Shown piece by piece: positions 10,861 through 23,669 of a stretch of DNA of 64,000 nucleotides. Where the stretch lies: contig FLMG01000570.1 in the NCBI GenBank assembly GCA_900088475.1, positions 1 through 64,000 on the forward strand. The letters are read 5' to 3'. Numbering within the stretch: the stretch's first letter is position 1; each line of letters begins with the position of its first letter. The DNA comes from Hyphochytrium catenoides. Its lineage: Eukaryota > Protista > Hyphochytriomycota. The translations under genes were made by a program, and so were the position numbers. Under the pieces are notes generated by a model. The model worked only from the letters and a program-made list of their open reading frames with translations, did no database searches and had not been told where the DNA came from.

Positions 10861-13170
10861 ATGACTACGAGGAAACAAGTAAGTGCCATAGACTGCAGAC
10901 GAGCGCTGAGCCTTCAGACCGTCAGCCAACAACCAGCCGGCAATCCAAAGAATGATGGAAGCCACTTCTCCCCAATCTCCCATTCTATGATAGCTGCTAA
11001 CGTACCTCTAAGGGGAATATCTTTAAGCTTGAGAAGGCATATAGTATTATCGTTAGTGGGTGTATGCTTAAAGGTTCAGGAAGAAGGGGGTTACATACTA
11101 TTGCTAGAGTTGAGATGAACGTCAGCGGAGCATTTTCCTTGAGCTGATCATTGACCTGCACCTCGATCTTCGGCTCTTCTCTTCCAAACCGCGCTGCAGA
11201 CACTTCTCACACCTTGGTGCTGCCGCCTCACGTGCGGCCTGGCCTCCTGTGTCTCTCATCTATGTAGGTAGAAGGGATGACTTTGTGACGGTTCGACCAG
11301 GGAAGCTCAATGGGATAAGCTTCACCGGCTCGCTTAAGGAACTACTGAGACAAGTCCAGGCCATGCCAGGACAGCCAGGTGGCACTGTCAAAGAATGGAG
11401 ACATCATAAGGCCAGTTAGGAGCTGCAAGCCACCATGCAAGACATCAACGCCATAAAATTGGCGGAGGGGCAGACCCCTTCGGCCCTGTTAGCCAGGATA
11501 TTAGAGGACCGTGTGGAAAGCGAGCGCCAGGAAAAACTATACAAGAGGGAACTTAGGAGAAGAAAGAGGATCGAAGAGAGTAAGATAAGACTTGGACAGG
11601 AGTCTGAGTGGCCTCAACTTCATCGGTTCAGTCGAGCTCAGCCCAAGGTCGACATACATGAGAATCCTTTCTGCGAAGAGCGACAGCTCGAGGACCAAAA
11701 GCACATGCGGAAGATGACAGAGCGCCTGAAGGCTGAGATTAAGCAACCTGAAACAAACTCATCAATCCGACCCACCCCTTCATGGACCCACAAACTAGAA
11801 AGGTAACTACTTTCGAGAGACGTTAAAGAAGTGGGCCGCATGGGCTGATCAGTGCACGTGTTGTCTTTCCACCTTGGCTCTATCTCAGGAGTGCGCTGGC
11901 TGCAAACCTGAGTTCTGCCTCCACCAAGCACTTTGGCCACCGTCCAGAAGTAAGCTACCCTATACGTCCTCCTCTCAATACCTTGATAAGCCTAACTCTG
12001 CCCATCTCCCGATTTCGTTAGACATCACAGCGACATTTCAACCCTCTCACTATGGGAGCCGAGAACCAACCTGACGTGAGCAAAGGGATGACAGTGACAG
12101 CAAGGAACCACGCAGCTAAGCACAAGAAGATTGGAATGAGCGTGGAGGAGTTGGCTTTCCTATTCTCTGAATGTAAGATGCTTATCTGTGGCACTGAGGG
12201 GGAAACCCATTGTTGCAGCTAACCTTTGCTTTCCTTGACTCTGGACTTTACTATACCTTTGTATTCTTCACTCTCGCCATTACTTTGGCACCCAAGCCGG
12301 AAAGGATAGTCCCGAACCAGCAACAGAGCTGCCGTCGCTAGTAGCTGCTGAAAGCTCTCCTCCGCAGACTCCCAAAAGCAATATGGCTCCAGAGAAGATA
12401 AAAGAGCTTGTAAGAAGGACGAGCTGTAAATCCTCTATTGTCCAAGTTCCCAAAAACCCCTTTCGGCGAAGTTAGCTGTTCCCAGGATTATGTCGCTTCT
12501 ATCTCTGGTGTCTCGCCCGCTCTTAGACTCTCCGTTCCCTCTGTCCTCCCGTTCCAATGACCCTCCTCAGGTTTTGACGCTGCTCTGTCCTCTTCTCCTG
12601 TCCGGCTTGATTTACAGGAGAAGAATTTCTACGTCTCACTCTCGAAGGAGCACAGCGCTAGACTCCCGTCTTTTATCCATCAACGGGATGAAGACCTCAG
12701 CCTCCGGCAGAGGATAGAGATCTTCAGAAAGAAGGCAGCTGGAGTTGAGCCCCTTATATCGTCCACTCTCCTTCAAACCGTTGAAAAGGGCACATTTTCT
12801 AAGAAGAGAGTCCCGAAGTTCCGTAGTATGCAGCAGCAGGTTGAAAGTGAAGAAATTCGAGAGCTCTTCAGGCGAGAGAAGGAAAGACAGGAGAGGCTCC
12901 AGCGGAAGATTGAGCACCATCGACGTTTAGTGGAAGAGGAGCGGTAAGCTGCGCGTGCACTCTCCCTTCTCCAAATCCTTCCCTAATAACAATGGCTTAT
13001 CTTCAGATATGGAGTCCCTTACGTTAAGCCTATCCATCGGCAGCAGAGAGGTAAGGATAATGAGACCTTGCCTCAGGACACTAGCGCTGAACAGGCCTTA
13101 GGACTTGAGGAAGTTGGTCAATCGCCAGCGCGCAGCACTCAATCTGACTCACATGGCCCAAATGGAGTCT
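10861..13170 (+). CDS. Hypothetical charged/coiled-coil protein; multi-exon, boundaries approximate
   Basis: Exon-like ORFs at 11420-11802 and about 12720-12943 are flanked by AG/GT sites and rich in K/R/E. No family recognised. Confidence 0.45.
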
Positions 13171-13340
13171 AGATGTCTTCTCGTGTCCAACGTCTGTACT
13201 TCACTGCCGAATGAACACATCTTCAATGCCAGGAGCTTAGACAGGGATGGGCAAAGCGATTAAGATGATAGATGACGGTTCCCGGCAAGACAGGAAGCAC
13301 CGTTATTCAGCCCCATGTATGGAGAGAAAACAATTACTAT

Positions 13341-16300
13341 TTATAAAGATGATCCACTATCCCTTCCGCGGCTCTTAGTGGTCTCATTCGTAGCCCTTTG
13401 CGCAGCTGCGGCCTCGACAAGCTCATCCAATATTCTTCCCATAATTTTGAAGAACACTCGTTCGTAGACAGGCGAGCTTTCCTCAATGTGATGGATCCCG
13501 TTTGCCCTTTCTGAGAGAGAGGTAAAAGGCGCAGGAGACTCTGCTCTCGGTCCTTGAATATCCCATTCTGCACCTTCGCCACCGTTGAAGACAGCCGTCT
13601 CATCACCTTCTCTCTCTTCGAAGCGCGAGGGTGGGCAGTCGGCAGTTGAATCGTATTGACTGTTTAGTCTCGACATCAGAATCTCCGCTGTGTCCTGAGT
13701 CATTGATGGCTCTTCTTGGTTCCATGACTTGGGAGAGATGCCTTCCACTGAGCTTGTCTCAGCCTCTAAGGCGAACTTCTCGAGAAGACTGCTTGTTTTA
13801 TCCCAGTCTCTTATGGGAGGATTTGACGCCCAGAAACCAGGAGGAGACGCAGGGGCGGAGTCGTAGCCATCAAAGCTTGAGCGGCCACTTCCGGGCGAGG
13901 TAGCAAGGATGTTAACATCCAACGAGATATTTAAAGGCTTCACAAGTTTCTTCACTTGTGTATCGTTAAGTACAGCATTTACATCCGGCAAAAGAGGATC
14001 TGTAGAGTCACTTAGGCTCTTCATCTCCCCTACTCCGTCCAGTGCGAGCGATCTGGATAAAGAAGTTGAGGGTGCCTGGCCCTTTGGTTTAGAAACAGGT
14101 TTCGGAATGCTGAAGCTAAAGTTTTTCCGGATCTGGTCTCTGCTCGCGGTGGAGAGACAAGGATTGTCAATTGGCAATTGTTTAAGGTGGCCACCAGTCA
14201 AATAATAAAAGCACAATGCCAACGGGTTCCAATCGTACGCTAGCTAGTCGGCCTCAAAACGTCGTCTAAAGGTCAGGAAAACACTGCCATACTTAACGAG
14301 GAGAAGGAACAAGTTGCGGACTACCTAGTAATCTGCTCGCATTTCTTGATACCAATCTCCAGAGCAGAGGGGTCGTCCAGGTTATCTCTGCACATAATCT
14401 GCGCTATTTCGAAAAGTGATAGACCGGTTTGAACTCCTTTCTTCAGCAGCAGACCGGCAATCTTGAAATTTCTAAGGCAGATGTCACGTAGTCCGGACAG
14501 TCTCTTTCGAAGCATTCTCACGTCTTCTTCTACGTCAATCTTCTCAACGTACTCCCGCGCTCGTTTGCTTAGGGGATTCTTTATCTACAAAATTAGAGCC
14601 ATTAATTAGTGCAGGTGTCAATTTTTCGAGTTGTGCCCAACGACTTCTTCTCCTCCCCGTTTCCCAGTACTGTGTGAGCTCATGCCATTGTCTTCCATAG
14701 TGACTGTTAATTCCTTCCTCGAAGCTGCCAGACGGTTTTTCTCTCAGCCACTCCACGATCCAGATCATCCAGATTCTATGTACTTGACGTAGAATAATGT
14801 ATCACTGAAGAACTAAACTGAAGTCCACCCACATGATTCTCCCCTTGTCTATGTAAGGACGGTTGATAGCGGGTTCCCTTATTCAAGCACCAACTAGTGT
14901 TCCCCTTTGAAATGGTAAACTATCAATCGTACCTGGGGCCAAGAGAACCAGCACCAATCGCACCACGCAACGTCAATCTTGTCAGGCATACAGTAACCGT
15001 GATCAATAGGGACGAGACGGAGAACTCTCTCTCCCGTTAAGGAATCCCTTTTTTTCACCACTAGGAGGTTCGCATCGTGCCTATCCGTATTGATAATCCG
15101 GATGTCAAAGAGGGCAATTTTCTGAAGTTCTGAGTCCGAGAACATGCTTGGAGAGAGATTACTCATCACGTCATGATGCTCAACGAATTCTTGCAGGGAG
15201 CCAGGTTTTGGTTCTCGATGTGCTCTTTCCATCCTAAACCGGAGGGTAACAGAGATTGAGATGCTAACAGAGTAACTGCAGCTGTAAACGAATGACCAAA
15301 GCATACGTTAAGCGAGCAACGTAAGGGCTAGACTGGGGAGATGCGGAGGGTTACATAAAGTTCAAAAACTACATGTGTTCTCAGAGGGAAGAGGGCGCAA
15401 CGTGGTCAAAAGAGGCTTTGAGTACGAGCACTCACCCTCTGACAGCGGGATAGTTGAATGCCGGATGATAGCACTCTACTAACCCTGTAGGTGGGACCCC
15501 AGCGAAGCGGCCATGGTCCAAAAGGAAGGCCGCTACCTCCCTTTCACAGGCTTCGCCAGCAAGAATCCCTTCCCTTAGGCCAACCTGGGTAGCAGCGAAG
15601 GTAAGGTTCTGCAAAAACTCTTTCTATCTTAGAGGGGCAAACATATTTAGGTGACAAATATAACAGTGTAAATGAGATGGGAAAGCGAGGACAGAAAGAT
15701 GCGGCGGTCACCTGTCCATTTCCTATTTGCCCTATCAATCCCCTAGGGTTGCAGTCTGCAAAAGGTTCTTCATCCCTAGGCTTAAAGCAGGCGACATAGC
15801 GCTTGTACGAGTCTTTCATAAAGTACGTTCCTCCCTGCCCCTCCATAGCTAGTACCGGGGCATAGCCAAGGTCTAGACCCCTCTGAACCTAGGACTCACA
15901 AGTATGAGGTGCCTCGAGTCAAACGAAACAAGGCTACAACGAGTCTGACTAGAGATACGAAGAGAGGTTGGTTTTTCTGCTAGTTAAGTCGTCTTGCATT
16001 TCATCTGTTAAAGTCATTGTACTATTCGAAGAAAACTAGAGATGGAGAAAATGAAGAGTCTACCTGATGAAAGACTTTGAGCAACTCTCTTGGGCATGGC
16101 TGGCCTGCATACATCTCCACAAAACAACGATTCTGTTTGCCGACGAGTGCTGAAAGGGTGGAGACGATTACCGTCGCCCCATCCTGGGCGACGAGACGAA
16201 TTGCAAGGACGAGAAATGAGTAGAGAGTCAAAGGCACAGCTTAAGAAAAGGTGGTCAGGCGCACTTTGGCCTTATTTTAGCGGGAGGAGGGTTCGACTAC

Positions 16301-16990
16301 GACCGATGCAAACAGGATCACAGGGCATGAGCTATAGTGCCTTGGTAAGGGAAACAGCTTTACGCTGATAAGAGATAACGTCGGTCAAGGTTGGATAGGA
16401 AGAAGATAGTGAGAAAGTCCGAGACTGGGAAGATAAGCACCAGGGAGTGAAATGATCAACACCGAAGCTCGTGACCTTACCTTGTAAATGCCGCATTCCT
16501 GAAGGCTATGTGTGTTCTTCAGCTCCCTGCCCTTATAGAATAGCCGCTGGCGGTCCACTGGGATATGAGTGTAGGCTGCTAACTGGTCTTTGACATCCTA
16601 CGCCAACGTCTCACCATCCAAACTACCTTCACAACTTTGGATGAATGTCTACCTTTACAGAGCACCAGACTTTCACGTCGAGTGGCCGTTTTCGCCCTGA
16701 GAGATCACGAATATCCCGGAAATACAGGCGAAGCCTCCTATGTGGACCCTCCGCATAACCTGCAGCGCCGGCTGAGACTTACGCTGAAAGTATGAACATC
16801 CATGCATTTGTTTTACCTCCTGGGAGGGAATGAAACATCACTGCCAGCGCCTTGGCACACTTAGTGCCAGGCTTATTGAAAGTCTTCTGACCTTAGCGAC
16901 CGCCAACACGAAGTAACGAAAGTCTAAGGTATCTGAAACCTGCCCCTCTTCATCTGGCTTTGCACTATGCACTACGACACCATAGTGCAT
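13341..16990 (-). CDS. Phosphatidylinositol 4-kinase type II gamma-like protein with an N-terminal ubiquitin-like domain; multi-exon
   Basis: UBL: [37 protein letters not shown]. Kinase: [50 protein letters not shown] and [11 protein letters not shown]. The start codon is uncertain. Confidence 0.9.
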
Positions 16991-17964
16991 CGAGAGCCAA
17001 AAATGGATCTCTCAAGAGACCAAGGCTCCAGAGAGTTCAAATGTGGTTGGCAGAAACAGAAAGGATTGATGTGCTCACGAGCACTGGAAGATATCGCTAC
17101 CGACCATCGTAAAGCCGTCCCTGCCCGCAGAAAAGTCCTCCGCCCTGTAGCCACAACCAGTGCACCCACCCACTGGCAGCAATTCCTGAGGATCACTAGT
17201 GGATCTCAGCAAGAACACTCCCGCCGCATGACGCTAGAGTGAGAGAACGCCAACAAGCACCTGGACCCCACGGAGAACTCCTAAAGTATCAGAGTCTGTC
17301 TCGCTGGAAAGAGTAGAGATCTTGAAGACCAAAGAGATGCAAGGTCGGCTATCTCCGACGTGGTGTCGCCAATCTTTGTCATCAAGTGAACGCGCTGGGC
17401 TCTGCATCTGTGATCCCTTGGTCAGATCATGAGCGGCCCCGTGTCTCCAGTCTCCATCAGCACTTTCCTGATGTATTGCTGCTGTCCTACAAGACGAGTG
17501 GGCGAGGATGAAACATTTCCTCTCTTGCCGCTGTGAAATCATGTATCCTTTGCATTCTGAATAATAGCAATCCCTCTTCAGAATACCAACCTGTTTAGTG
17601 AACTGCAGTCAAGAACAGGGCGGATTATTGTACTGTACCAAGGGCTAAGGGTGCGTTGTCCTTGTTAGGTACAGTACAGTATACTGCGAAAGCTTCAATT
17701 CAGGGAAGGTTTCCGTGGGGAAAGTTCTGCTGCATCAGCTTCTGTCATTGATTGACCTTGGGCAAACCAACCGGCAGACTTTGGATCTGGACGGAGATCT
17801 CAACAGCTCGTAGGAGGGAAGTCTCCGAGCTCCATGCCAAGGGGTCAACTTGCCTGTGTGCTGCTAGAGCCGGACTGCAAGTAAATCGCAAGCTACCTCG
17901 ACCGGCGGCAGATATCTGCTATTAATGCGGCCGAGCCCAATCTCATTGGGCTGTAGGCTTCAAG

Positions 17965-18452
17965 ATGGTGGACAGCTTGTTTGACAGCCACATGCCCTTT
18001 GACGATGACCACGTACCTGCAATTCAGGAAGAAGAACCCCAAGTCACCACCATTGAGACAAAACAAGCTCCAAAGCCCACCCTGAAGCGCTCGCGGAGGC
18101 CAGGAAGCTCGGTTGAAGCTTGTGCAGCTGCAGCATTCAAAGCCTTTGCCCAATCCTTACGCGATTATGCCACGCATTTAGATACGCTCGCCCAAAATCG
18201 ACAATCCAGCTTGAGCATTGACCCTGACGCCCGGCTTGGGGCTAGTTCCAAGAAAGCTAATGGGAAAAAAAAGAGAAGATACTCAGAGCTGCTTGCTTCC
18301 ACGTAAGTACACCATCAAAGATGGGCTGTTCGGCTCTCCTGACCCTCATATGCCCTGATCCTTTTCTATGCAGCGGCTCTTCCAGGGAAGAGCTAAGTGA
18401 CCACTTCGTCCCTTCGACTACGGACCCTTGGCACACTCAGCTTGATGTCTGA
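17965..18452 (+). CDS. Hypothetical protein, possibly nuclear (basic KKANGKKKRR); 2 exons
   Basis: 113-codon ATG ORF ending at a GTAAGT donor, with a phase-compatible CAG acceptor at about 18373. Confidence 0.5.
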
Positions 18453-18754
18453 ATGGTTAATGAATTGGAAGCTTAGTTCGTCGCTCCGGCACTTCTACCC
18501 CCATCCTTGCCCTGTGGTGAGGGAGGGAAGAGGTAACTGTCTCCTTGAAGACGCCCATCGTGTAACCTACGGGACCTTTATTTATTGATAAAGTATGAAC
18601 TTTCGGCAACTCCTGATGATTAGCCTTGTAGGCCCACGTCTTCAAAGCGATCTCACAGAATCAGCAATATGTTATCGGCCAGACGTGGTTCAATATTGCG
18701 CCAACAATGCCCTGCGAGAGCGGTAGATACACTTATAGCGCTGCAATAGTGACT

Positions 18755-21700
18755 CTAATACCCCGCAAGGTCGTAGCCAACTTTGTTGAGGCACTCCAAG
18801 AATCGTGCAGCGTTGACTGTCTCGACATCCTGCCGGGCCATCTCCCCAACCATAAGAAGCTTCTTGATACCAATTGGCTGCAAAGATAACAGGTTAGCTT
18901 CCTAGATTTCATGTTAACAAGGACCGACACTAGGGGAAGGAGCCACCCAGCTGTAGAGTTGGTGTTTGTAGCGAGGACAGTAAAAAAAAGTGGGAAAGGG
19001 ACGGGGTGAACCTGATTCATGCTGTGAGCTAGCTTGTCCAACTCGCCCTGAGAAATTGGATACTCTCCATCGCCCAATACCTGGAAAGCATCGTGTTCAG
19101 ATAACATAGTAAACAACATCGCGCTTAGCTTGGTATGATTGCTATGGAAGGAAGACTTACCGCTCTTATCTCATGCGGTGGCTGGACCATGGGAACTTGT
19201 AGTGTCATATCAAAGACCTTGGACAAGCCAAGCTCGTCCATCACCACTGGTACAGCTGTGATGCCGATGACTAGTAACCTGTTGCCCTCGATATCTGGCT
19301 GCCTATTGATCATCACCAGGAGCGACTGCAGCACTGTATTGGAAAATCTTGGCCCAAGACGTACGTAGTCTAAAGAAAAAAGAGTCAGGTAGGACAAACG
19401 AGAGAAGGCCGTGAAACTCCTCCAGACGCAAATCCACGAATAGGTTAGGTGATGGCAGGATAGGGTAAATCATAAAGCAACAGAAAGAAGACACGCGATC
19501 AGAAGGAGGGAAAGAGAAGAAGTTCCACGACAATTATGTCCACATTTATAAGCAAGAACTTAGCATCATCAAGCGCAGACAAATCAGACGAAGGTTCTCT
19601 GACCAAGAATTCGCTCCATATCATCGATGATTATTATGCTCAGTGGAGACCTGTAAGCTTCCTGGAAGGTCTGTCAAGTAAATCGAACCCCTCTGATCAG
19701 AATAGAGCAGCGAGGAACGTAGAAGATCATACGTCATTCGGCTTACCGAATGAATTTTGTTACTCTTTGTGGATTCCTGATAGCCAACAAGATCAGACGC
19801 GCTGATCATTCTGACTAGTGGGAAGTCACTTTCCACTGCAAGAGCAGCCGCGAGGGCAGTTTTTCCGGCCCCTGGATCCCCTTCCAACAATACAGATAGC
19901 AAGGGTGTCCGCGGGCTCTTTCGGATCTATGGGACGAGGACATTGTCCACAGTATGCGGATTAATTGTGAGATGGAGGTGAGAGAGTGAGATACGACGGG
20001 AAGACATGAGAGTAGTATGGCCTTTCGTGGCCCACCTGTTCAATGACAGTTCGCAAGGTGTTCATCAGGGATGTGAAGGTGCTGCCGTACGGGATGATGG
20101 AATTCTTGTAGTATCGAGTAAGCTGATCTACAGGGGAGCCAAACTTCGGCTTCACTTCCGTCAGGGCCTTGTCGAAGTCTGAGAGAAGGAGCTAAATAGA
20201 GCTGTTAGTACCAGTTTTTCATGCTTTGCGCCCTATCCCCGCATTGAGTCGACCATCCTCTGGATTTATCTACGTATTTCAACTCAAGTCTTCTATGTAG
20301 GAGCCCCCGTTCAAGGTCCTGTGAATCCTCTGTCCCTTTCTGATCCCAAATTCACTCTATTTAGACAGTCATCAGCCTCCTCACCCCCTCGTGCTGCTTA
20401 GTTCTGACGGAGAACAAAATTCTGACCTGAGGTTTATAATTCGGATCCACTTGGAACTTCTTTCCATCGGTGCCTCTAACCATAGCATGGGAGAATGCCG
20501 CTCGAACAAGACCCTCAATCTCAGCACCACTGAAGTTCTTCGTCCTCAGGGCCAGGTTGGGAGTTTCAGGGTTGAAAATCCCTTTTAACCCGCTGTCAAT
20601 GTCGGCCAGAACCTCCGGAGAGAGGAGGTTGTTCTCCCTAGCCCTCTTAGTGTGAATGTGAAGAATGTCAGCTCTCCCTTTCTCGTCTGGCAGGTTGATT
20701 TCTACATGCACTTCGAGTCTGCCAGGCCTCAGTAATGCCTCGTCTATCATGTCCTTCCGGTTCGTCATGCCGATGATAAGTATGTTGTTCAAAGAGTTGA
20801 CACCGTCTATCTTGCTGAGGAACTGGTTTACGATAGAGTCGCTAACTCCAGTTCCGTCTCTAGACGAGCCTCTCTGCTTGGTAATGGCGTCAAGCTCATC
20901 CAAGATAATGATGTGGAGGTCACTCTCCTCTCCCAATTCCTAGGAGAGCGTGTCAGCTAACAGTTTTGCTATGGCCGTCATCGTCTTGTGACGAAGGGCC
21001 TTCTCCCTTAGCCTTATTCCTCCGACCACCTTCTCTGTCACAAAGAGACGGAGCTTTTGTTGTCCACGTTCACATCAATGAGTACATTGCTGTCCTACTC
21101 AACTCCTATGGTCCCCTGGCAAGTATCTTCTTCAACCCCTCTGGGGCTAAGCAATCTCGGGCTAACAAAACCTCAGGAGTTACAAGCCCACAGTAGATAC
21201 CTGATAATCTTTTTCTGCGTCGGCGAAGAGTGCTCGAATGTTCTCTTCGGACTGTCCAACGTATTTGTTCAAAATTTCTGGGCCGTTCACGATCTTTGGT
21301 TCCTTTGCATTGAGGACCTTCCCGATCTGACGGGCAATGAGGGTCTTTCCGCAGCCGGGAGGCCCGAATAGTAGCATTCCTGATGGTCCAGACCGTCATT
21401 GGAAAAGAGACTTGGAATAAAGGAAAGTCTCCTCTAACTCACCTCGGACGTGGTTGATGCCCATCTGCGCCACCAGGGATGCAGGATAGAGGCGGGAAGC
21501 AAACGCTCTTCGGAATATATCGTTAAATTCCTTGTCAAGACCTCCGATCCCCAGCTTCGTAAAATCAAAGTCAGGTGTAAAGAGCTGTGAGGCTTGCCTA
21601 TGTGTCAAAATGGAGGACGAGGAGGGTTTGTTACTAATATTACTAAGAGGAAACTCTCCTTTGCTCTCGCTGCCCTGGCATTTCCTCTTTTCGCCTTACC

Positions 21701-22823
21701 TAGCTACCCCCACACCTACTGCTCTTCTTATGTCAGGCGCGCTAGACGCTATGCACTTACCCCCCGGTTTTGCCAGTAAACTTGACTGGAGTATCTGATG
21801 TTTTTGTAAAGTCAATGTCCGTATTCTTCATTATCAGACCCCGATGGATGGCCATGTAAGAGGGAGCAGATTCGGTAGCTCCGGTGCTAAGGGATACATT
21901 CTTCAAAGATGTCACCTTCACACGGTACGCTCTCCCAGCAAAATCTATGGCAAACTATCAAAAAAGCACACGGTAAGACAAAAGTATACTTTCAAGGAAA
22001 CCGGACACTTTTCGCATCGAGAAAGTACCATCTGTCCAACTGTCATCACTTGGTTTCCAAATATTGCCTTAACCCGGCTGCTCAGCTCAGCTACGTCTAT
22101 GGTAATCATCTCCTGAAGTAGTAAGATGATGGTCAGTCAGGTAAATGGTACCTCTAGAGAGACAGGTTCTCAGTGGTTCGCGCTAAAGCACGAGGAAGAG
22201 AAGCAAAAGAATCGAGAGGAGCAGATGACCATACAGAATGAAAGGAATAGCATTCTGTACCTTTACTCCTTTGGTGATCAACTGGAGTTCAAGCACCAGG
22301 CTCTGCAAAGCAACATCGGCAGAAGGGATGAATGGCACCAGGCTGACCTGAAAGTCATGGCCCCAAATCAGCCCTTGGCGCAGTAGAGAGCACTGTTGCA
22401 GAGTTACCTACCACTGTTCCAAGAGATAGCATTGCAGTTTGTCGTTGAGGCCCAGAGAAAGCGACAGAACCTTCAGCAACTTTGTCGTTGGGCCTGCATT
22501 GGGCCAATTCATTGAGGGTGCAGTCATGAGAAGAAAGTCTACATTGAGCAGTACCGGACAGTGAAGACCCAGTCCCCAACAGACACGTTGATGCCGTGAA
22601 GATTTACAACCTCATTGCTCAAAAGACTGTTCGGTGGTGAGCTCCGTATGCGAGCAAAGTCCCTGTAGCTCACTTCAGTCAGCTCGCAACCAATCAGCGG
22701 GATGAAGGGTACTTACGCATCGTTGACGTAGACACAGTTGGTAAACGCCAAAGAGTTTGCTGGCAAATTGTCAACCTTGAGATTATAGCCTTCTGGCCCT
22801 CGAGATCTTTCTGGTGCCCTCAT
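18755..22823 (-). CDS. NSF: Vesicle-fusing ATPase NSF/Sec18; multi-exon
   Basis: N domain [11 protein letters not shown]1: [39 protein letters not shown] and [10 protein letters not shown]2: [15 protein letters not shown] and PIGIKKLL. Confidence 0.97.
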
Positions 22824-23669
22824 CTGTGTCGATCAAGCGATGTCCATTAAGAAAACTCGGCTTAAGATGTGGGCAAGTGAGCAAAGTATAGAACACCTAC
22901 CTTCCGCTTGCTTGTCCTTCCGACCTTTTTGGATCCCAGGGATGGAAGAGTTACCACAGTGAAAGGTTTCCTGGTAGCTCCTCAGCTTGCAGCTAATGGC
23001 CGCACAGAGTATCTCCGCTGTCCGCTGGCGGGAGGGAGAGATCTTTGACTCTTATGCCTGCCGCCTGATGACCGAGCATGGGGAAGTCACACCTCTTTGG
23101 CTTGTTGGATGCAGGATGGTGGGAAGCCTGCCCAAACATCATCACAACGGCTTTTCTCCAGGTCTTCCACCAAGGAAGCTAGGTCCCTCAATCTCCTGCT
23201 ACTTCTGGCGTGACAAAGTGCCAACAGGTTTCGTGTTGTGGATCCCTTATAAGGCCGTTGACGGCTAGCTTCAGGAGAAGCCGTTACGCTGCCCTTTAGC
23301 TTCACTCTTAGGCCGCGGATGACCAGCCCTCGTCCGAACGCCAGTAAGAAGAGCCGTAGAGTTGGAGTCTTTGACGCTGATAGGGCCCGAGTCCTCGGCA
23401 AATGACTGGCCCTCTTTTGCAGCAGAGAGGATAGCTGCATCTGCTGGTCGAAAGAACACGGTGGGAAGTGTATGTTAAGCTCTAATGGCGTAAATCTAGC
23501 TGCGGTGTGGACCAAGAGTTCCATTGACTCAGTGGCCGCGATTCAGCTCTTAGGGGAAGACAGAGTGTGTCAATGACCAAAGGAGGGCTTCAAAATAGGC
23601 TAATGCCGGTCAAGAGCGCCGTTGTAATGGTTTCGTGAGAGTAGCATCCCTTGACAGTTTCTGGTCACA

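Noticed and set aside
21780-21895. GTATCCCTT resembling a U12-type donor in NSF
   Set aside because: The stretch is open in frame and encodes the expected N-domain sequence ([12 protein letters not shown]), so it is exonic.
22987-23524. ORFs between NSF and the channel gene
   Set aside because: They have no recognisable motifs, and the NSF upstream exon has an in-frame stop, so this is probably 5' UTR or divergent promoter.
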